Positions 31,061 through 43,371 of a DNA stretch of 64,000 nt are shown here, piece by piece. Within the stretch, counting starts at the first letter, position 1. Every line of letters starts with the position of its first letter. Source of the DNA: Vulcanimicrobiota bacterium. Lineage in GTDB: Bacteria > Vulcanimicrobiota > Vulcanimicrobiia > Vulcanimicrobiales > Vulcanimicrobiaceae. A program made the position numbers and the translations under genes. The notes beneath the pieces are model-generated. The model did no database searches and was not told where the DNA came from. It saw nothing but the letters and a program-made list of their open reading frames with translations. The stretch lies in NCBI GenBank assembly GCA_963695225.1, contig OY968762.1:2144001-2208000 (forward strand), in the 5' to 3' direction.

Positions 31061-31119
31061 CCGAAGTCGCATTGCTTCCGCTTCCGAAACGGGAAAGGTG
31101 CGGGAAGCTTGGAAAAGCT

Positions 31120-31686
31120 ATGACCATGGTTTCGACAATAGATGGAAAGCGCATCGCCGCGCTCGTCGGCGACGGATTTGAAGAAGGCGAGCTCTTGGAG
31201 CCGCGCAAGGCCTTGGAGGCGTCGGGGGCGATCGTCACGATCGTCGGCATCGACGATAAGGCCAAGCAGCGCATCCGCGGGAAGCGGAAGTTCGACGAAG
31301 GCGTCACGCTCAAGGCTGAAGAGGTCGTTGCGGATTGCACGGCCGAGGATTTCGACGCGTTGCTGATCCCCGGCGGCAGCTCGCCCGACACGATTCGGAC
31401 GAACCGCGAAGTGCAACGCTTCGTCCGTGAATTCGACTCGGCGAAGAAGCCGATCTTCGTCGTGGGGCACGGCGTTCAGGTCCTCATCTCATCGCAAGTC
31501 ACGCGCGGACGGACGCTGACGGGCTCGCCCTCGATCGGCGACGACATCCGCAACTCCGGCGGCTTGTATCGCGACCAGCCGGTCGTGCAAGACGCCCACT
31601 GGACGACGACCCGCGGGCTCGGCGATATCGTCCAATTCAACCGCGCGATCCTGGAGAAGCTCGCGACGACCGCCCCGGTCGGCTAG
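31120..31686 (+). CDS. DJ-1/PfpI family protein lacking the catalytic Cys
   Basis: GFEEGE, FDALLIPGG..PD, VVGHG in place of AICHG. Confidence 0.85.
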   Translation: MTMVSTIDGKRIAALVGDGFEEGELLEPRKALEASGAIVTIVGIDDKAKQRIRGKRKFDEGVTLKAEEVVADCTAEDFDALLIPGGSSPDTIRTNREVQRFVREFDSAKKPIFVVGHGVQVLISSQVTRGRTLTGSPSIGDDIRNSGGLYRDQPVVQDAHWTTTRGLGDIVQFNRAILEKLATTAPVG

Positions 31687-31816
31687 CGGCCCGGAGCGGA
31701 TCGTAACGCGCGAGCGTCTCGCCGAGCGAGCGCAGCGCGAAGTAGCCGAGGATGCCCGCCGCCGCGAGCGCGACGAACGACGCGACGGCGGGCGACGGCA
31801 CGAAGAGGGATGGGCG

Positions 31817-32932
31817 TCATGCGCCGACGAGCGAGAGGCGCCGGTTGGGACGCTCTGGGCGGCCGACCTTATGGCATTCCGTCCACGCCCCGTCGCGCTC
31901 GATCGCCACGATATCCGCCGTGAAATCGAACTTCCCGGTGCCGTAGAAGAACGCGCTGCCGACGGCGTAGGCGTCGACGGGGACCTCCGCATCTTCGAAC
32001 GCCTTGATCTTGTGCGGGTCGAAACCGCCGCTCGCGACGATCTTCACGTACGTGAAGCCCTCCGCGTCCAGCGCGGCCCGCACGTTGCGCACGAGTTCCG
32101 GGACGACGCCGGTCGGCGGGAACGTCCCCATCTGCGACCACAGCGAGCGGTCGACGAGCGTTCCCGACGTATCGAGCCGCACGCCCCACAGGCGCTTGCC
32201 GAGCGCGCGCGCTACCGCGACGCTCGTCGCGACGCAATCGTTGTCGAAATCGACGAGCGATATCACGTTGACGCCGGGATCGATGTACGCCGCGAACTTC
32301 TCCGTCGCGAGCACCGTATCGCCTCCGTACGCGGCGATCAGCGAATGCGGCACCGTCCCCATCCCGCGCGAGCCCCACCATTCGGCGTTCGCGTCCGTCG
32401 AAACGCCGAGCGCTCCGGAGATGTAGGCGGCGTAGCCGTCGCCCGTCTGCACGAGATGGTGATCGTAGCGCGCCGGAAAGAAGAGCACGTCCTTCCCGCC
32501 TGCGGCGTCGACGATCGCGCGCGCGTTCGTCGCGATCCGCGTGCGCCGCGAGAGGACGCCGAGATAGCACGTCTCCAGATGTGCGAAGAGCGTGTAATCG
32601 CCTTCGATCGTCATGACCGTTTCGAACGGCTCGATCGCGTCGCCGTCGTGCAACGCGCGGACGGTGAGCTCGTCCCAGCCGTCATGCCACGCGCCGCTGC
32701 GGCGGTCTTCCCGCCCCGAGCAGAGCTTGAGGATCGCGAGCGCCTCGTCGATCCCGCACAGGACGGATCGATTCCGCTGGAAGACCTGCATTCGCACGCG
32801 GCGCCGGAGTCCGTCGCGTTCGAGGATCTGGCGCGACCGGTTGAAATAGACGTCCGAATAGTAGCCGGCGCGCATCTTCTCGACGGGGAGGTGGAAGATC
32901 GCCGGATCGAGCCGCTCGCTGCTGCGCACCAT
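31817..32932 (-). CDS. Nicotinate phosphoribosyltransferase-like (NAPRTase/QAPRTase family)
   Basis: YYSDVYF, GTVPH, GVRLDTS, IVASGG; start at MVRSSE. Confidence 0.8.
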   Translation of the reverse strand: MVRSSERLDPAIFHLPVEKMRAGYYSDVYFNRSRQILERDGLRRRVRMQVFQRNRSVLCGIDEALAILKLCSGREDRRSGAWHDGWDELTVRALHDGDAIEPFETVMTIEGDYTLFAHLETCYLGVLSRRTRIATNARAIVDAAGGKDVLFFPARYDHHLVQTGDGYAAYISGALGVSTDANAEWWGSRGMGTVPHSLIAAYGGDTVLATEKFAAYIDPGVNVISLVDFDNDCVATSVAVARALGKRLWGVRLDTSGTLVDRSLWSQMGTFPPTGVVPELVRNVRAALDAEGFTYVKIVASGGFDPHKIKAFEDAEVPVDAYAVGSAFFYGTGKFDFTADIVAIERDGAWTECHKVGRPERPNRRLSLVGA

Positions 32933-32972
32933 AATGGGACGTTCGTACGAACGCGTGGAATCCCGGTCCTGT

Positions 32973-34709
32973 ATGAGCCGACCGCCGAGCAATGCCGAGG
33001 TGGCCCGTCTCCTCACCGAGATCCGGGTCCTGATGGAGTTCGCGGGCGAGCCGTTCTATAAGTTCATGGCGTACGAGCGCGCCGCGACGGCAATCGAAAA
33101 CGCCCGCCCGGTCGGCGAATTGCTCGGCGCGGGCGAACTCGAAGCGCTCCCGGGGATCGGCAAGACGATCGCGGCGCGCGTGCGCGAGTACGTCGAAACG
33201 GGGACTTCCGCGTACCGCGAGGAGCTCGCCCGGAGATACCCGCCCACGCTGCTCGAACTGCTCGGCGTGCAGGGAATCGGCATGAAGACGGCTCGGCAGC
33301 TCTTCGAGCAGTACGGCATCGCCTCGCTCGCCGATCTCGAAACGGCGCTCGAGACCGGAGTCCTCGCCGACGCGCCGCGCCTGGGGAAGAAGTCGCTCGA
33401 GAACATCAAGCGCGGGATCCTCGCCTACAAGGGCCGGCAGAAGCGGACGCCGATCGGGCTTGCGCTCCCCCTCGCGCGCGAGATCGTCGCCTTCATCGAG
33501 GCCGGTTCGCCCGCGCGCAACGTCACCTATGCCGGGAGCCTGCGCCGAGCCGAAGCGACCGTCGGCGATATCGACGTCGTCTGCACCTCCGCGGAGCCCG
33601 AAGCCGTGATTCGGCGCTTCACGGGCTGGGAGCGCGCCGAGGCCGTCCTCGCCGAGGGCTCGACGAAGGCGAGCATTTGGCTCGCGGGCGGGCTCCAGAT
33701 CGATCTGCGCGTCCTCCCGGAGGACGTCTACGGGAACCTGCTGCAGCACTTCACGGGGAGCCGCGAGCACAACATCCAGCTGCGCGAACTCGCGGTGCGC
33801 AAGGGATTGCGCGTCAGCGAGAACGGCATCCTCGAACTCGCGACGGGCCGCAACCTGACGTGCCGCACCGAGGCGGAAGTCTACGCGGCGCTCGGGCTCG
33901 CGGAGATTCCGCCGGAGATGCGCCTGGGCATCGGGGAGATCGAAGCGGCGGCGAACGGGAGCTTGCCGGTCCCGGTCGCGCTCGCCGATCTGCGCGGCGA
34001 TTTCCACATGCACTGCACGTGGAGCGACGGCGCGAACTCGCTCGAGGAGATGATCGCGGGCGCGGCGGCCCGCGGCTACGAATACCATTCGATCTCCGAC
34101 CACTCGTGGGGGCGGGGACCCCTCGGCCTCGATCCGAACCACCTGCGGATGCAGCGTGAGAAGGTCCGCGCGCTCGGCGACCGGCACGGGGTTCGCACGC
34201 TGTGCAGCGCCGAAGTCGATCTCTTGCCGGACGGTTCCCTCGATTACGAGCCGGCGGTCCTAGCGGGGCTCGATATCGTGATCGCGTCGGTCCATTCGCA
34301 CATGAATCAGTCGCGCGACGAGATGACGCGCCGGCTGCTCCGCGCCTGCGAGGATCCCTACGTCAACGTCATCGGGCACCCGACGGGGCGCTCGGTCGAC
34401 GGTTTTCCCGGCTACGAATTCGATTACGACGCCGTCTTCGCCGCCGCCGCGCGGACGGGGACCGCGCTGGAGATCGACGGGCACCCGAACCGGCTCGACC
34501 TGCCGAGCGCGCTCGCGCACCGCGCCCGTGCGTTCGGCGTCACGTTCGCGCTCGATAGCGATGCGCACGCGAGCGCCGAGCTCGCGAACGTCGCGTACGC
34601 GGTCGGGCAGGCGCGCCGCGCTTGGGTCACGCGCGACGAGGTGCTCAACGCGCGCCCGCTCGAGGACGTCCTCGCGTTCGTCGCAGCGAAGCGGGCGCGC
34701 GCCGCGTGA
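32973..34709 (+). CDS. polX: DNA polymerase X / PHP 3'-5' exonuclease
   Basis: HhH motifs, GSLRR, GDID, FTGS, PHP HMH..WSDG and DSDAH. Confidence 0.93.
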   Translation: MSRPPSNAEVARLLTEIRVLMEFAGEPFYKFMAYERAATAIENARPVGELLGAGELEALPGIGKTIAARVREYVETGTSAYREELARRYPPTLLELLGVQGIGMKTARQLFEQYGIASLADLETALETGVLADAPRLGKKSLENIKRGILAYKGRQKRTPIGLALPLAREIVAFIEAGSPARNVTYAGSLRRAEATVGDIDVVCTSAEPEAVIRRFTGWERAEAVLAEGSTKASIWLAGGLQIDLRVLPEDVYGNLLQHFTGSREHNIQLRELAVRKGLRVSENGILELATGRNLTCRTEAEVYAALGLAEIPPEMRLGIGEIEAAANGSLPVPVALADLRGDFHMHCTWSDGANSLEEMIAGAAARGYEYHSISDHSWGRGPLGLDPNHLRMQREKVRALGDRHGVRTLCSAEVDLLPDGSLDYEPAVLAGLDIVIASVHSHMNQSRDEMTRRLLRACEDPYVNVIGHPTGRSVDGFPGYEFDYDAVFAAAARTGTALEIDGHPNRLDLPSALAHRARAFGVTFALDSDAHASAELANVAYAVGQARRAWVTRDEVLNARPLEDVLAFVAAKRARAA

Positions 34710-36622
34710 AGGAGCCGAAGCCTCTCGTCCCCGGCGGACTCGGCGAGATCGACCTGTACTTGATCGGTGAGGGGACGCACCGGCGCCTCTACGACGTGCT
34801 CGGCGCGCACCTTGTCGATCGGGACGGCGTCCGGGGCGTGCGCTTCGCGGTTTGGGCGCCGAACGCGCGGCGCGTCAGCGTCGTCGGCGATTTCAACCAC
34901 TGGGATGCGGGGCGCGACCCGCTGCGACCGCGCGGCACGTCGGGCGTCTGGGAGGGCTTCGTCGCGGGCCTCGGTCCGGGGACGCTCTATAAGTTCGCGA
35001 TCGTCGGCCCCGACGGCCATCGCTTGCCGCTCAAGGCCGACCCGCTGGCGAGCGCTTCCGAATTGCGCCCCGCGACCGCCTCGGTCGTGACGCCTTCGAG
35101 CGACTACGCCTGGCGCGATGCCGCCTGGCTCGCTTCGCGTGCCGCGCGCATCGACAGGCACGCGCCGGTGACGATCTACGAAGTCCACTTGGGCTCGTGG
35201 CGCCGCGCTGCCGGGAATGGGTTCCTCGGTTATCGCGAGCTTGCGGAGCAGCTCGTCGATTACGCCTGCTGGATGGGCTTCACGCACCTCGAGATCATGC
35301 CGCTCTCCGAGCATCCCTTCGACGGCTCGTGGGGCTACCAGCCGACGGGGATGTTCGCGCCGTCGAGCCGCTTCGGCTCGCCGGACGATCTACGCTATTT
35401 CATGGACCGGGCGCACGAGGCGGGGCTCGGCGTGATCTTGGATTGGGTCCCCGGGCATTTCCCGAGCGACGCGCACGGCCTCGCCTACTTTGACGGAACG
35501 CATCTCTACGAGCACGCGGATCCGCGCAAGGGCTTCCATCCCGATTGGAACACGCTGATCTACAATTTCGGGCGAACCGAGGTCGCGAATTTCTTGGTCG
35601 CGAGCGCGCTCGCATGGTTCGATCGCTTCCACGTCGACGGGCTGCGGGTCGACGCCGTGGCCTCGATGCTCTATCTCGATTACAGCCGCAGCGAAGGCGA
35701 ATGGGTTCCGAACGAATACGGCGGGCGCGAGAATCTCGAGGCCGCCGCATTCCTGCGGCGGCTCAACGAGATGGTCTACGCGGAGTACCCCGGCATCGCG
35801 ATGATCGCCGAGGAGTCGACCGCCTGGCCGATGGTCTCGGCGCCGACGAGCGCCGGCGGGCTCGGTTTCGGCTACAAGTGGAACATGGGCTGGATGCACG
35901 ACGTGCTCCAGTACTTCGCCCTCGATCCGGTCCACCGAAAGTACCATCACGACGAGATCGTCTTTAGCATGGTCTACGCCTACAGCGAGAACTACATCCT
36001 CCCGCTCTCGCACGACGAGGTCGTCCACGGCAAAGGCTCGATGCTCGGGAAGATGCGCGGGAACCGCTGGGAGCAATTCGCGCACCTGCGCGTCCTCTAC
36101 GGATTCATGTACGCGCATCCCGGCAAGAAGCTCTTGTTCATGGGCAACGAGTTCGCGCAAGAGCGCGAGTGGAATCACGAGAGCAGCCTCGATTGGCATC
36201 TGACCGAGGCCCCCTCGCACCGGGGCATCCAACTCCTCGTGCGCGACCTGAACCGGCTCTATCGGGAGACGCCCGCGCTGCACGCCCTCGATTGCGATCC
36301 GAAGGGCTTCGAGTGGCTCGAATCGCACGACCGCGCGCGGAGCGTCGTCGCCTTCGTCCGCTACGGCCCGACCCGCGAAGACGGCGTCCTCGTCGTCTGC
36401 AACTTCACGCCGATGGAGCGGCGGGATTACCGGCTCGGGGTCCCGAGGGCCGGGCGCTACGTGGAACTGCTGAACACGGACGCGGAGTACTACGGCGGCG
36501 GGAATAATGGCAACCTCGGGGGTATCGAGGCGGAGGTGTCGCCGTCACACGGACGGCCGATCTCGCTCGCCGTCACGCTCCCTCCCCTCTCGACGCTCTT
36601 TTTCCGGCTGCCGAAGCAGTAG
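34706..36622 (+). CDS. glgB: 1,4-alpha-glucan branching enzyme
   Basis: [50 protein letters not shown] start overlaps the polX stop. Confidence 0.96.
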   Translation: MKEPKPLVPGGLGEIDLYLIGEGTHRRLYDVLGAHLVDRDGVRGVRFAVWAPNARRVSVVGDFNHWDAGRDPLRPRGTSGVWEGFVAGLGPGTLYKFAIVGPDGHRLPLKADPLASASELRPATASVVTPSSDYAWRDAAWLASRAARIDRHAPVTIYEVHLGSWRRAAGNGFLGYRELAEQLVDYACWMGFTHLEIMPLSEHPFDGSWGYQPTGMFAPSSRFGSPDDLRYFMDRAHEAGLGVILDWVPGHFPSDAHGLAYFDGTHLYEHADPRKGFHPDWNTLIYNFGRTEVANFLVASALAWFDRFHVDGLRVDAVASMLYLDYSRSEGEWVPNEYGGRENLEAAAFLRRLNEMVYAEYPGIAMIAEESTAWPMVSAPTSAGGLGFGYKWNMGWMHDVLQYFALDPVHRKYHHDEIVFSMVYAYSENYILPLSHDEVVHGKGSMLGKMRGNRWEQFAHLRVLYGFMYAHPGKKLLFMGNEFAQEREWNHESSLDWHLTEAPSHRGIQLLVRDLNRLYRETPALHALDCDPKGFEWLESHDRARSVVAFVRYGPTREDGVLVVCNFTPMERRDYRLGVPRAGRYVELLNTDAEYYGGGNNGNLGGIEAEVSPSHGRPISLAVTLPPLSTLFFRLPKQ

Positions 36623-36634
36623 AACGAAACTCCC

Positions 36635-38755
36635 TTGAGATCGACGAGTCGCGCTTCCGTTTGGCCCGGACGCCCGTACCCGCTGGGTGCGACCTGGGAT
36701 GGCCGGGGCGTGAACTTCGCGCTGTTCTCGCAGCACGCCGAGCGCGTCGAACTCTGCCTCTTCGACCCGCGCGGGCGGCGCGAGATGAGCCGCGTCGTCC
36801 TGCCGGAGTACACCGACCAAGTCTGGCACGGGTATCTCCCCGAGGCGCGGCCGGGACTGCTCTACGGCTACCGCGTCTACGGCGAGTACGCTCCCGAACG
36901 CGGGCATCGCTTCAACGCGAACAAGCTGCTGATCGATCCCTACGCGAAGATGTATTCCGGCAGCCTGCGCTGGAACGACGCGCACTTCGGATACCGGCTC
37001 GATGCGCCGCGCGCGGACCTCTCCTTCGACCGGCGCGACAACGCGTCGGGGATGCCGAAGTGCGTCGTCGTCGACACCGCGTACACGTGGGGAAACGACC
37101 GCCCTATCTACAAGCGCTGGCACGAGATGGTCGTCTACGAGCTGCACGTGCGCGGCTTCACGATGCGCAACGAGGCGGTGCCGCAGCGGTATCGCGGGAC
37201 GTTCGCGGGGCTCGGGTCGCCCGGGGTCACGGAGTACCTGTCGCGTTTGGGCATCACGGCCGTCGAACTGATGCCGGTCCACGCGTTCGTCGACGACCGG
37301 AATCTCGTGCAGCGCGGGATGCGAAACTATTGGGGCTACAACACGCTCGGCTTCTTCGCGCCCGATCCGCGCTACCTCGCCGACGAAAGCAGTCTCGGCG
37401 AATTCAAATCGACCGTCCGCCACTTGCACGACGTGGGGATCGAAGTGATCCTCGACGTGGTCTACAACCACACGGCCGAAGGGAACCAGCTCGGCCCGAC
37501 GCTCTCGTTCCGCGGCATCGACAACGCCTCGTATTACCGCCTGGCGAACGACCGGCGCTTCTATCACGATACGACGGGTTGCGGAAACACGTTGAACCTG
37601 GATCATCCGCGCGTGCTGCAACTCGTGATGGATTCGCTGCGCTACTGGGTTCAAGAGATGCACGTCGACGGCTTCCGCTTCGATCTCGCGCCCGCGATCG
37701 CGCGCGGGGGCAGCTTCCTCAGCGCCGTCTCTCAAGATCCCGTCCTCTCCCGCGTCAAGCTGATCGCGGAGCCGTGGGATTTGGGCGCGGACGGATACCA
37801 GCTCGGACGCTTCCCGCCCGGCTGGTCGGAGTGGAACGACAAGTATCGCGATACGGTGCGCCGCTTCTGGCGCGGCACGGACGGCGTGATTCCGGAGCTC
37901 GCATCGCGCTTGACGGCCTCGAGCGACCTCTTCGAGCACGACGGGCGGCGGCCGCGGGCGAGCCTGAACTTCGTGACTTCGCACGACGGCTTCACGCTGC
38001 ACGATCTCGTCAGCTACAACGACAAGCACAACGAAGCGAACCTGGAGCACAACCGCGACGGCCACTCGGACAACGTGAGCTGGAATTGCGGCGTCGAGGG
38101 TCCGACGGCGGACCCCGCGATCCGCGCGCTGCGCATGCAGCAAAAACGGAATTTCCTGGCCACGCTGTTGCTTTCGCAAGGCCTGCCGATGCTGCTCGCC
38201 GGCGACGAGTTCGGGCACACGCAGCGCGGGAACAACAACGCGTATTGCCAAGACAACGAAACGAGCTGGATCGCGTGGAACGCGATCGACGCCGACGGCC
38301 GTGCGTTGCTCGAATTCGTCAAGCGGCTCATCAAGCTGCGCTCGGTGCACCCGGCGCTGCGCCGCACGCGCTTCTTCCACGGCAACCCGATTCCGACGTC
38401 CGGGCTCAAGGATATCGCCTGGCTGACGGTCGCGGGGAACGAGATGCGGGAACAGGATTGGAACGACGGCCGCTCCCGTGCGTTCGCCTTCTTGCTCGGC
38501 GGCGATCCGGGTGACAATTTCATCAGCCTGCTCGGGTATCCCGAACTCGACGATTCGTTCCTGATGCTCTTGAACGCGACCGGATCGCCGCAGACGTACA
38601 CGCTTCCGCCGGCGAACTCGCTGCGCGCGTGGGAGCTGCTGCTCGAAACGACGTGGCCCGAGACCGCCGTGGTCGGCTCGCACGTGGCCGTCGGGGACAC
38701 GTACGTCGTGAATTCGAGGGCGCTGGCGCTCTTCATCGGACGCGAGCGCCGGTGA
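36635..38755 (+). CDS. glgX: Glycogen debranching enzyme
   Basis: NYWGY, DVVYNH, DGFRFDLA, AEPWD, HDGFT, GNNNAYCQD. Confidence 0.96.
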   Translation: MRSTSRASVWPGRPYPLGATWDGRGVNFALFSQHAERVELCLFDPRGRREMSRVVLPEYTDQVWHGYLPEARPGLLYGYRVYGEYAPERGHRFNANKLLIDPYAKMYSGSLRWNDAHFGYRLDAPRADLSFDRRDNASGMPKCVVVDTAYTWGNDRPIYKRWHEMVVYELHVRGFTMRNEAVPQRYRGTFAGLGSPGVTEYLSRLGITAVELMPVHAFVDDRNLVQRGMRNYWGYNTLGFFAPDPRYLADESSLGEFKSTVRHLHDVGIEVILDVVYNHTAEGNQLGPTLSFRGIDNASYYRLANDRRFYHDTTGCGNTLNLDHPRVLQLVMDSLRYWVQEMHVDGFRFDLAPAIARGGSFLSAVSQDPVLSRVKLIAEPWDLGADGYQLGRFPPGWSEWNDKYRDTVRRFWRGTDGVIPELASRLTASSDLFEHDGRRPRASLNFVTSHDGFTLHDLVSYNDKHNEANLEHNRDGHSDNVSWNCGVEGPTADPAIRALRMQQKRNFLATLLLSQGLPMLLAGDEFGHTQRGNNNAYCQDNETSWIAWNAIDADGRALLEFVKRLIKLRSVHPALRRTRFFHGNPIPTSGLKDIAWLTVAGNEMREQDWNDGRSRAFAFLLGGDPGDNFISLLGYPELDDSFLMLLNATGSPQTYTLPPANSLRAWELLLETTWPETAVVGSHVAVGDTYVVNSRALALFIGRERR

Positions 38756-40860
38756 TCGTTCGCTCCTACCGCGATTTTTGGGGTGAGGAGCGCGCGGTCC
38801 CCGAAGCGACGATCGCGGCGCTCGCCGGGCTGATCGAACGGGTGCCCGCGGCGCCGCGTCTCCTCGAACCGGTCGCGGTCGTTCCGCAGGCGCGCCCGCA
38901 GATCGTCGCGACGATCCCGGCAAGCGAGATCGGCCGGATCCGGACGCTCTCGCTTTCGAAAGAGGACGGAACGGCCGCGCGCGCCGAGGTGCGCTTCGGC
39001 GAAGGGGAACTGCTGGAGGCCTTCGAGGAGGGCGGCCGCGCCTACGAGCGCCGGGCTCTCGTTTTGCCCTTCTGCGTGGAGCCCGGGTATCACGACCTCG
39101 CGCTCGAGGGGCGAACGCAGCGCCTGATCGTCGTGCCGGAGAGCTGCTATCTGCCCCCCGAACTCGAGGCGGGGAAGCGGACGTGGGGGGTCGCGGTCCA
39201 GCTCTACGGGCTGCGCTCGGAGCGAAATTGGGGGGTCGGCGATTTCACCGATCTCGCCGCCTTCGTCCGCAACGCGGCAGCGTGCGGGGCGAGCGCGATC
39301 GGGCTGAATCCGCTGCACCTCCTGCACGCCGATGCGCCCGCGGCGTGCAGCCCCTATGCGCCGTCGAGCCGCTATTTCCGCAACGCGCTGTACCTCGACG
39401 TCGAAGCGATCCCGGAGTTCGCCGCGTCCAAGCGAGCGCAGGCGCTCGCACGGAGCCGGAAGTTCGCCGCGCGGTTGCGCAGGCTGCGCGAAGCGGAGCT
39501 GATCGACTACGCCGCAGTCTCGGCGGCGAAACGGGCCGTTCTCGACGTGCTCTTCGAAGAGTTCGAAGCGGCGCATTCGCCCGAGGGGAAACCCGCGACC
39601 GAACGGGGCGAGGCGTTCGCGGCGTTCGTTCGGGCGGGCGGGGAGCGCTTGCGCCAGACCGCGCTGTTCGAAGCGCTCGCCGAGCACGTGGCGCGCCGCC
39701 GCCGCCGTCCCGCCGCCCGCCAGGAATGGCCCGCCCGTTATTGCAACCCCGCGGCGCCCGCGGTCGCCGCATTCGCACGCGAGCACCGCGCCCGCGTCGC
39801 ATTCTTTTGCTACCTGCAGTGGCAGATCGACGAGCAACTCTCGGCGGTCGCGCGGAGCTGCGAAGGGATGGCGGTAGGACTCTACGCCGATCTCGCCGTC
39901 GGCGTCGACCGGAACAGCGCCGACGCCTGGGCCGATCCGGAGCTCGTCGTCGACGAGGCGAACGTCGGCGCTCCCCCGGACGCTTTCACGCCGCACGGGC
40001 AAGATTGGGGGCTCGCGCCGCTCAATCCGGCCGTGATGCGCGAGCGCGCCTACGAGCCGTTCGTCGCGCTCTTGCGTGCGAACATGCGCCACGCGGGCGC
40101 GATCCGCATCGACCACGTGATGGGCCTGATGCGTTTGTTCTGGATCCCCGACGGCCGGCAGGCGATCGACGGGGCGTACGTGCAGTATCCCTTCGACGAT
40201 CTGCTGGGCATCGTCGCGCTCGAAAGCCGGCGGCATCGCTGCATCGTGATCGGCGAAGACCTCGGGGTCGTCCCGGAGGGCTTCCGCGAGCGCATGGAGC
40301 GGGAGCGGATCTTGTCGTATCGCTTGATGTACTTCGAACGGGAGTGGGAGGGGCGCTTTCGCCGCCCCGATCGATACCCGGTCCTGGCGCTCGCGAGCCC
40401 GGGGACGCACGATCTGCCGACGCTGCGCGGATATTGGGAGAGCCACGACATCGAGTTCCGGGCGAGCATCGGCTTCGTCGCGGATGAGGCGTCGCTCGAG
40501 CGGGAACGGGCCGAACGTTTACGCGACCGCGCGCTGTTGCTGGATCTGCTCGTCGAGTTGGGGCTGCTGGCCCCCGAAGTGCGGCACGCGCTCGGCTCGG
40601 CGAGCGATCCCGCCGTCACGTCGGCGTTGCTCGACGAGGTGGTGCGCGCCGTCTACCGCATGCTCTCGCGGACGCCGTCCGTCTTGACGATGGTCGCGGC
40701 GGAAGACCTCGCGCGCGAAACCGAACAGCCGAACTTCCCGGGGACGGTCGTGGAGCATCCTAACTGGCGCAGGCGTCTGGGGTGCACGTTCGAGGCGCTG
40801 TTCGCTTCGCCGTTCGTGAGGGGGCTGCTCGCGACGCTCGACCGTACCGCTAACTCATGA
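38752..40860 (+). CDS. malQ: 4-alpha-glucanotransferase (GH77)
   Basis: SPY, DLAVG, GAPPD, RIDHVMG, GEDLG, THD, NWR. Confidence 0.93.
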   Translation: MIVRSYRDFWGEERAVPEATIAALAGLIERVPAAPRLLEPVAVVPQARPQIVATIPASEIGRIRTLSLSKEDGTAARAEVRFGEGELLEAFEEGGRAYERRALVLPFCVEPGYHDLALEGRTQRLIVVPESCYLPPELEAGKRTWGVAVQLYGLRSERNWGVGDFTDLAAFVRNAAACGASAIGLNPLHLLHADAPAACSPYAPSSRYFRNALYLDVEAIPEFAASKRAQALARSRKFAARLRRLREAELIDYAAVSAAKRAVLDVLFEEFEAAHSPEGKPATERGEAFAAFVRAGGERLRQTALFEALAEHVARRRRRPAARQEWPARYCNPAAPAVAAFAREHRARVAFFCYLQWQIDEQLSAVARSCEGMAVGLYADLAVGVDRNSADAWADPELVVDEANVGAPPDAFTPHGQDWGLAPLNPAVMRERAYEPFVALLRANMRHAGAIRIDHVMGLMRLFWIPDGRQAIDGAYVQYPFDDLLGIVALESRRHRCIVIGEDLGVVPEGFRERMERERILSYRLMYFEREWEGRFRRPDRYPVLALASPGTHDLPTLRGYWESHDIEFRASIGFVADEASLERERAERLRDRALLLDLLVELGLLAPEVRHALGSASDPAVTSALLDEVVRAVYRMLSRTPSVLTMVAAEDLARETEQPNFPGTVVEHPNWRRRLGCTFEALFASPFVRGLLATLDRTANS

Positions 40861-43371
40861 CATAGCGGTTTGCGCGATGCCTAGCGCCGTCACCCGCGCC
40901 GTGTAATCCTCGACGAGCGCCTTCGCCTCCGCGATGCTCGTGCTCTCCGCGACGATATGGAAGGCCGGGTCCGTCGCATCCGGGAGGATCAGCACCCAGC
41001 CGTCGGGGCGCAAGACGCGGATTCCGTCGAGCAGGTCGAGCTCTTCGCCGCTGTGCTGGTCGATCAGACAGCGCATCACGGTTCCCTTGCGCTCCCACGG
41101 GCACTTCACGTCCGCGCTCGCCACGAACCACTCGGGCAGCATGTCGACGAGTTCGCTGAGCTTGCGATTCTCGGCGGCGAGCAGTTCGAGGATCTTCCCC
41201 GTGCCGTACAGCGCGTCGAACGCCGGTTGAAACTCGGGGAACATGATCTCGTACGAGCCGCCCGAACCGGCAAACGCGAGGTGCGGATCGGAGAGCGCGA
41301 GCGCCATCAACGCGCGGCGGTCGCTGCGGGTTCGCGTCACGGTGGCCCCGTTCGCCCGCGCGATCGCCTCGATCGCGCTCGGCGCGGTGACCGGGACGGC
41401 GATGTGCGCGCCGGGCTTCGAACGAGCCACGAGCAGCGTGATGAGGGCCTGCAAGCGGTCCCGTGCGATGACGCGCCCCAGATCGTCGACGAGCGTCAGA
41501 CTCTCGCCGTCGTGGTCGACGAAGATGCCGAGGCTGGCGTCGAGCGTCGTGACGATGTTCGAGAGCTGTTGCAGATTACGCGCGGCGTCGCTGCGGAGCG
41601 CGCGCGCCTTCGATTCGTCGAAATAGGCGTTGAGCGCGATCATCTCGAGGCCGAAATTGCCGAGGATGCGCGGCAGGAAGAGCGCCGTGTTCCCGTACGC
41701 GTAGTCGATCGCGACTTTGAAGTTCGCGCGCTTCACGGCCGTCGGATTCATGCTCGTCATGAAGGCTTCGGTGTACCCTTCGAGCAGGCGCGAGGGGAAG
41801 CCGAGCTTGCCGACCGCGTCCATCGACGTGCGGCGGAAATCCTCGCGGAAGAACAGGTTCTCGATCTTGCGCTCGAGCGCCTTATCGACGTTGATCCCGT
41901 CGGCGTCGAAGAACTCGATCAGGAACGAACTCGGATCCCTCGGCGAAACGCGGACGTGGATGCCGCCGTCGGCGCCGGTGCGCACGGCGAAGCGCGCGAG
42001 CGGCGTCGGGTAGGCGCGCAGGTCGTCGACGTTGACGCCGACGGAGAGCAACCCGGAGATGATGCAGCGATTCATGACGCGCGAGGCGGGGTGCATGTCG
42101 CGGCTCGTCCGCACCGTTTGCCCGGGCTTGAGGAACGAACCGTACGCTTGCCCGAGCTTCATCGCAAACTCCGGCGTGATGTCGATGTTCCCGATCCCGG
42201 TGATGCCGTTCGCGCCGAAGAGCGAGCCGGGCCACTTGATGCCGTAGATCAGCGACATCGAAACGACGCCGCCTGCGGCGACGCTCTTGTCCGGCCACAT
42301 CTTCACGTGCGGCTGCACGATCGCGTCGCTGCCGATCGTGCAGCGGCTCCCGATCACGGCGCCCTCGCCGATCTGCACGCGCTCGCGGATGATGTTGCGG
42401 TCGGCGATCGTGCAGCTGTCGATCGCGGCGCCCTCGCCCACGTAGGCGCTTTCCCAAAGCACGGTCCGGTCTATGCGCGCTCCCGCGCCGATGATCGATG
42501 AATCGCCGATCACGCTGTATGCGCCGATCACCGCATCGCGATCGATCGAGACGTTCGCCCCGATCACGGCGGGCGCGAACAGCGTGGCGCTCGGATCGAT
42601 CCGCGTGTTCTCACCGACCCAAACGCCGGGACGGATCTCCTTCCCGGCGATTTCGACGCGCACCGCTCCGGAGACGGCGTCGACGTTCGCCTGCTGATAC
42701 TGTTGCAGGTTGCCGATGTCGGTCCAGTAGTCCGCCGTCACGTAGCCGTAGAGCGCTTTCCCTTCGGCGAGCATCTTCGGGAACAGGTCCTTCGAGAAAT
42801 CGTAGGACTTGCCGCGTTCCATGTAGGCGAGGAACTCCGGCTCGAGGACGTAGATCCCCGTGTTGATCGTGTCGGAGAAGACCTCGCCCCACGACGGCTT
42901 CTCGAGGAAGCGCGTGATCCGCCCCGCGGCGTCGGTGACGACGACGCCGAACTCGAGCGGGTTCTCGACGCGCTGCAACGTGATCGTCGCGGCGGCCTTG
43001 TTCTCGCGGTGGAACGCGATGAGCGATGTCAGGTCGAGGTCGGTCAAGGCGTCGCCGGAGACGATCAACACGGTATCGTCGCGCAGGAAGTCTTGGGCGA
43101 GCTTGACCGCCCCCGCCGTTCCCAACGGCGTATCTTCGACGACGTAACGCAGCGAGACGCCGAACTCTGAGCCGTCGCCGAAGTAGCTCTCGATCTCGTC
43201 GGCGAGATAATGCAACGTCCCGACGACCTCGGTGATGCCGTGCCGTCGCAAGAGCTCGAGGATGTGCTGCATCACCGGTTTGTTCGCGATCGGGGCGAGG
43301 GGCTTGGGGCGGCGGCTGGTGAGCGGGCGGAGGCGCGAACCCTCGCCGCCGGCCATGACGACGGCCTTCAT
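40855..43371 (-). CDS. Mannose-1-phosphate guanylyltransferase / phosphomannomutase-like fusion
   Basis: [19 protein letters not shown], left-handed beta-helix repeats, PGM/PMM-like C-terminal half. Confidence 0.88.
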   Translation of the reverse strand: MKAVVMAGGEGSRLRPLTSRRPKPLAPIANKPVMQHILELLRRHGITEVVGTLHYLADEIESYFGDGSEFGVSLRYVVEDTPLGTAGAVKLAQDFLRDDTVLIVSGDALTDLDLTSLIAFHRENKAAATITLQRVENPLEFGVVVTDAAGRITRFLEKPSWGEVFSDTINTGIYVLEPEFLAYMERGKSYDFSKDLFPKMLAEGKALYGYVTADYWTDIGNLQQYQQANVDAVSGAVRVEIAGKEIRPGVWVGENTRIDPSATLFAPAVIGANVSIDRDAVIGAYSVIGDSSIIGAGARIDRTVLWESAYVGEGAAIDSCTIADRNIIRERVQIGEGAVIGSRCTIGSDAIVQPHVKMWPDKSVAAGGVVSMSLIYGIKWPGSLFGANGITGIGNIDITPEFAMKLGQAYGSFLKPGQTVRTSRDMHPASRVMNRCIISGLLSVGVNVDDLRAYPTPLARFAVRTGADGGIHVRVSPRDPSSFLIEFFDADGINVDKALERKIENLFFREDFRRTSMDAVGKLGFPSRLLEGYTEAFMTSMNPTAVKRANFKVAIDYAYGNTALFLPRILGNFGLEMIALNAYFDESKARALRSDAARNLQQLSNIVTTLDASLGIFVDHDGESLTLVDDLGRVIARDRLQALITLLVARSKPGAHIAVPVTAPSAIEAIARANGATVTRTRSDRRALMALALSDPHLAFAGSGGSYEIMFPEFQPAFDALYGTGKILELLAAENRKLSELVDMLPEWFVASADVKCPWERKGTVMRCLIDQHSGEELDLLDGIRVLRPDGWVLILPDATDPAFHIVAESTSIAEAKALVEDYTARVTALGIAQTAMS

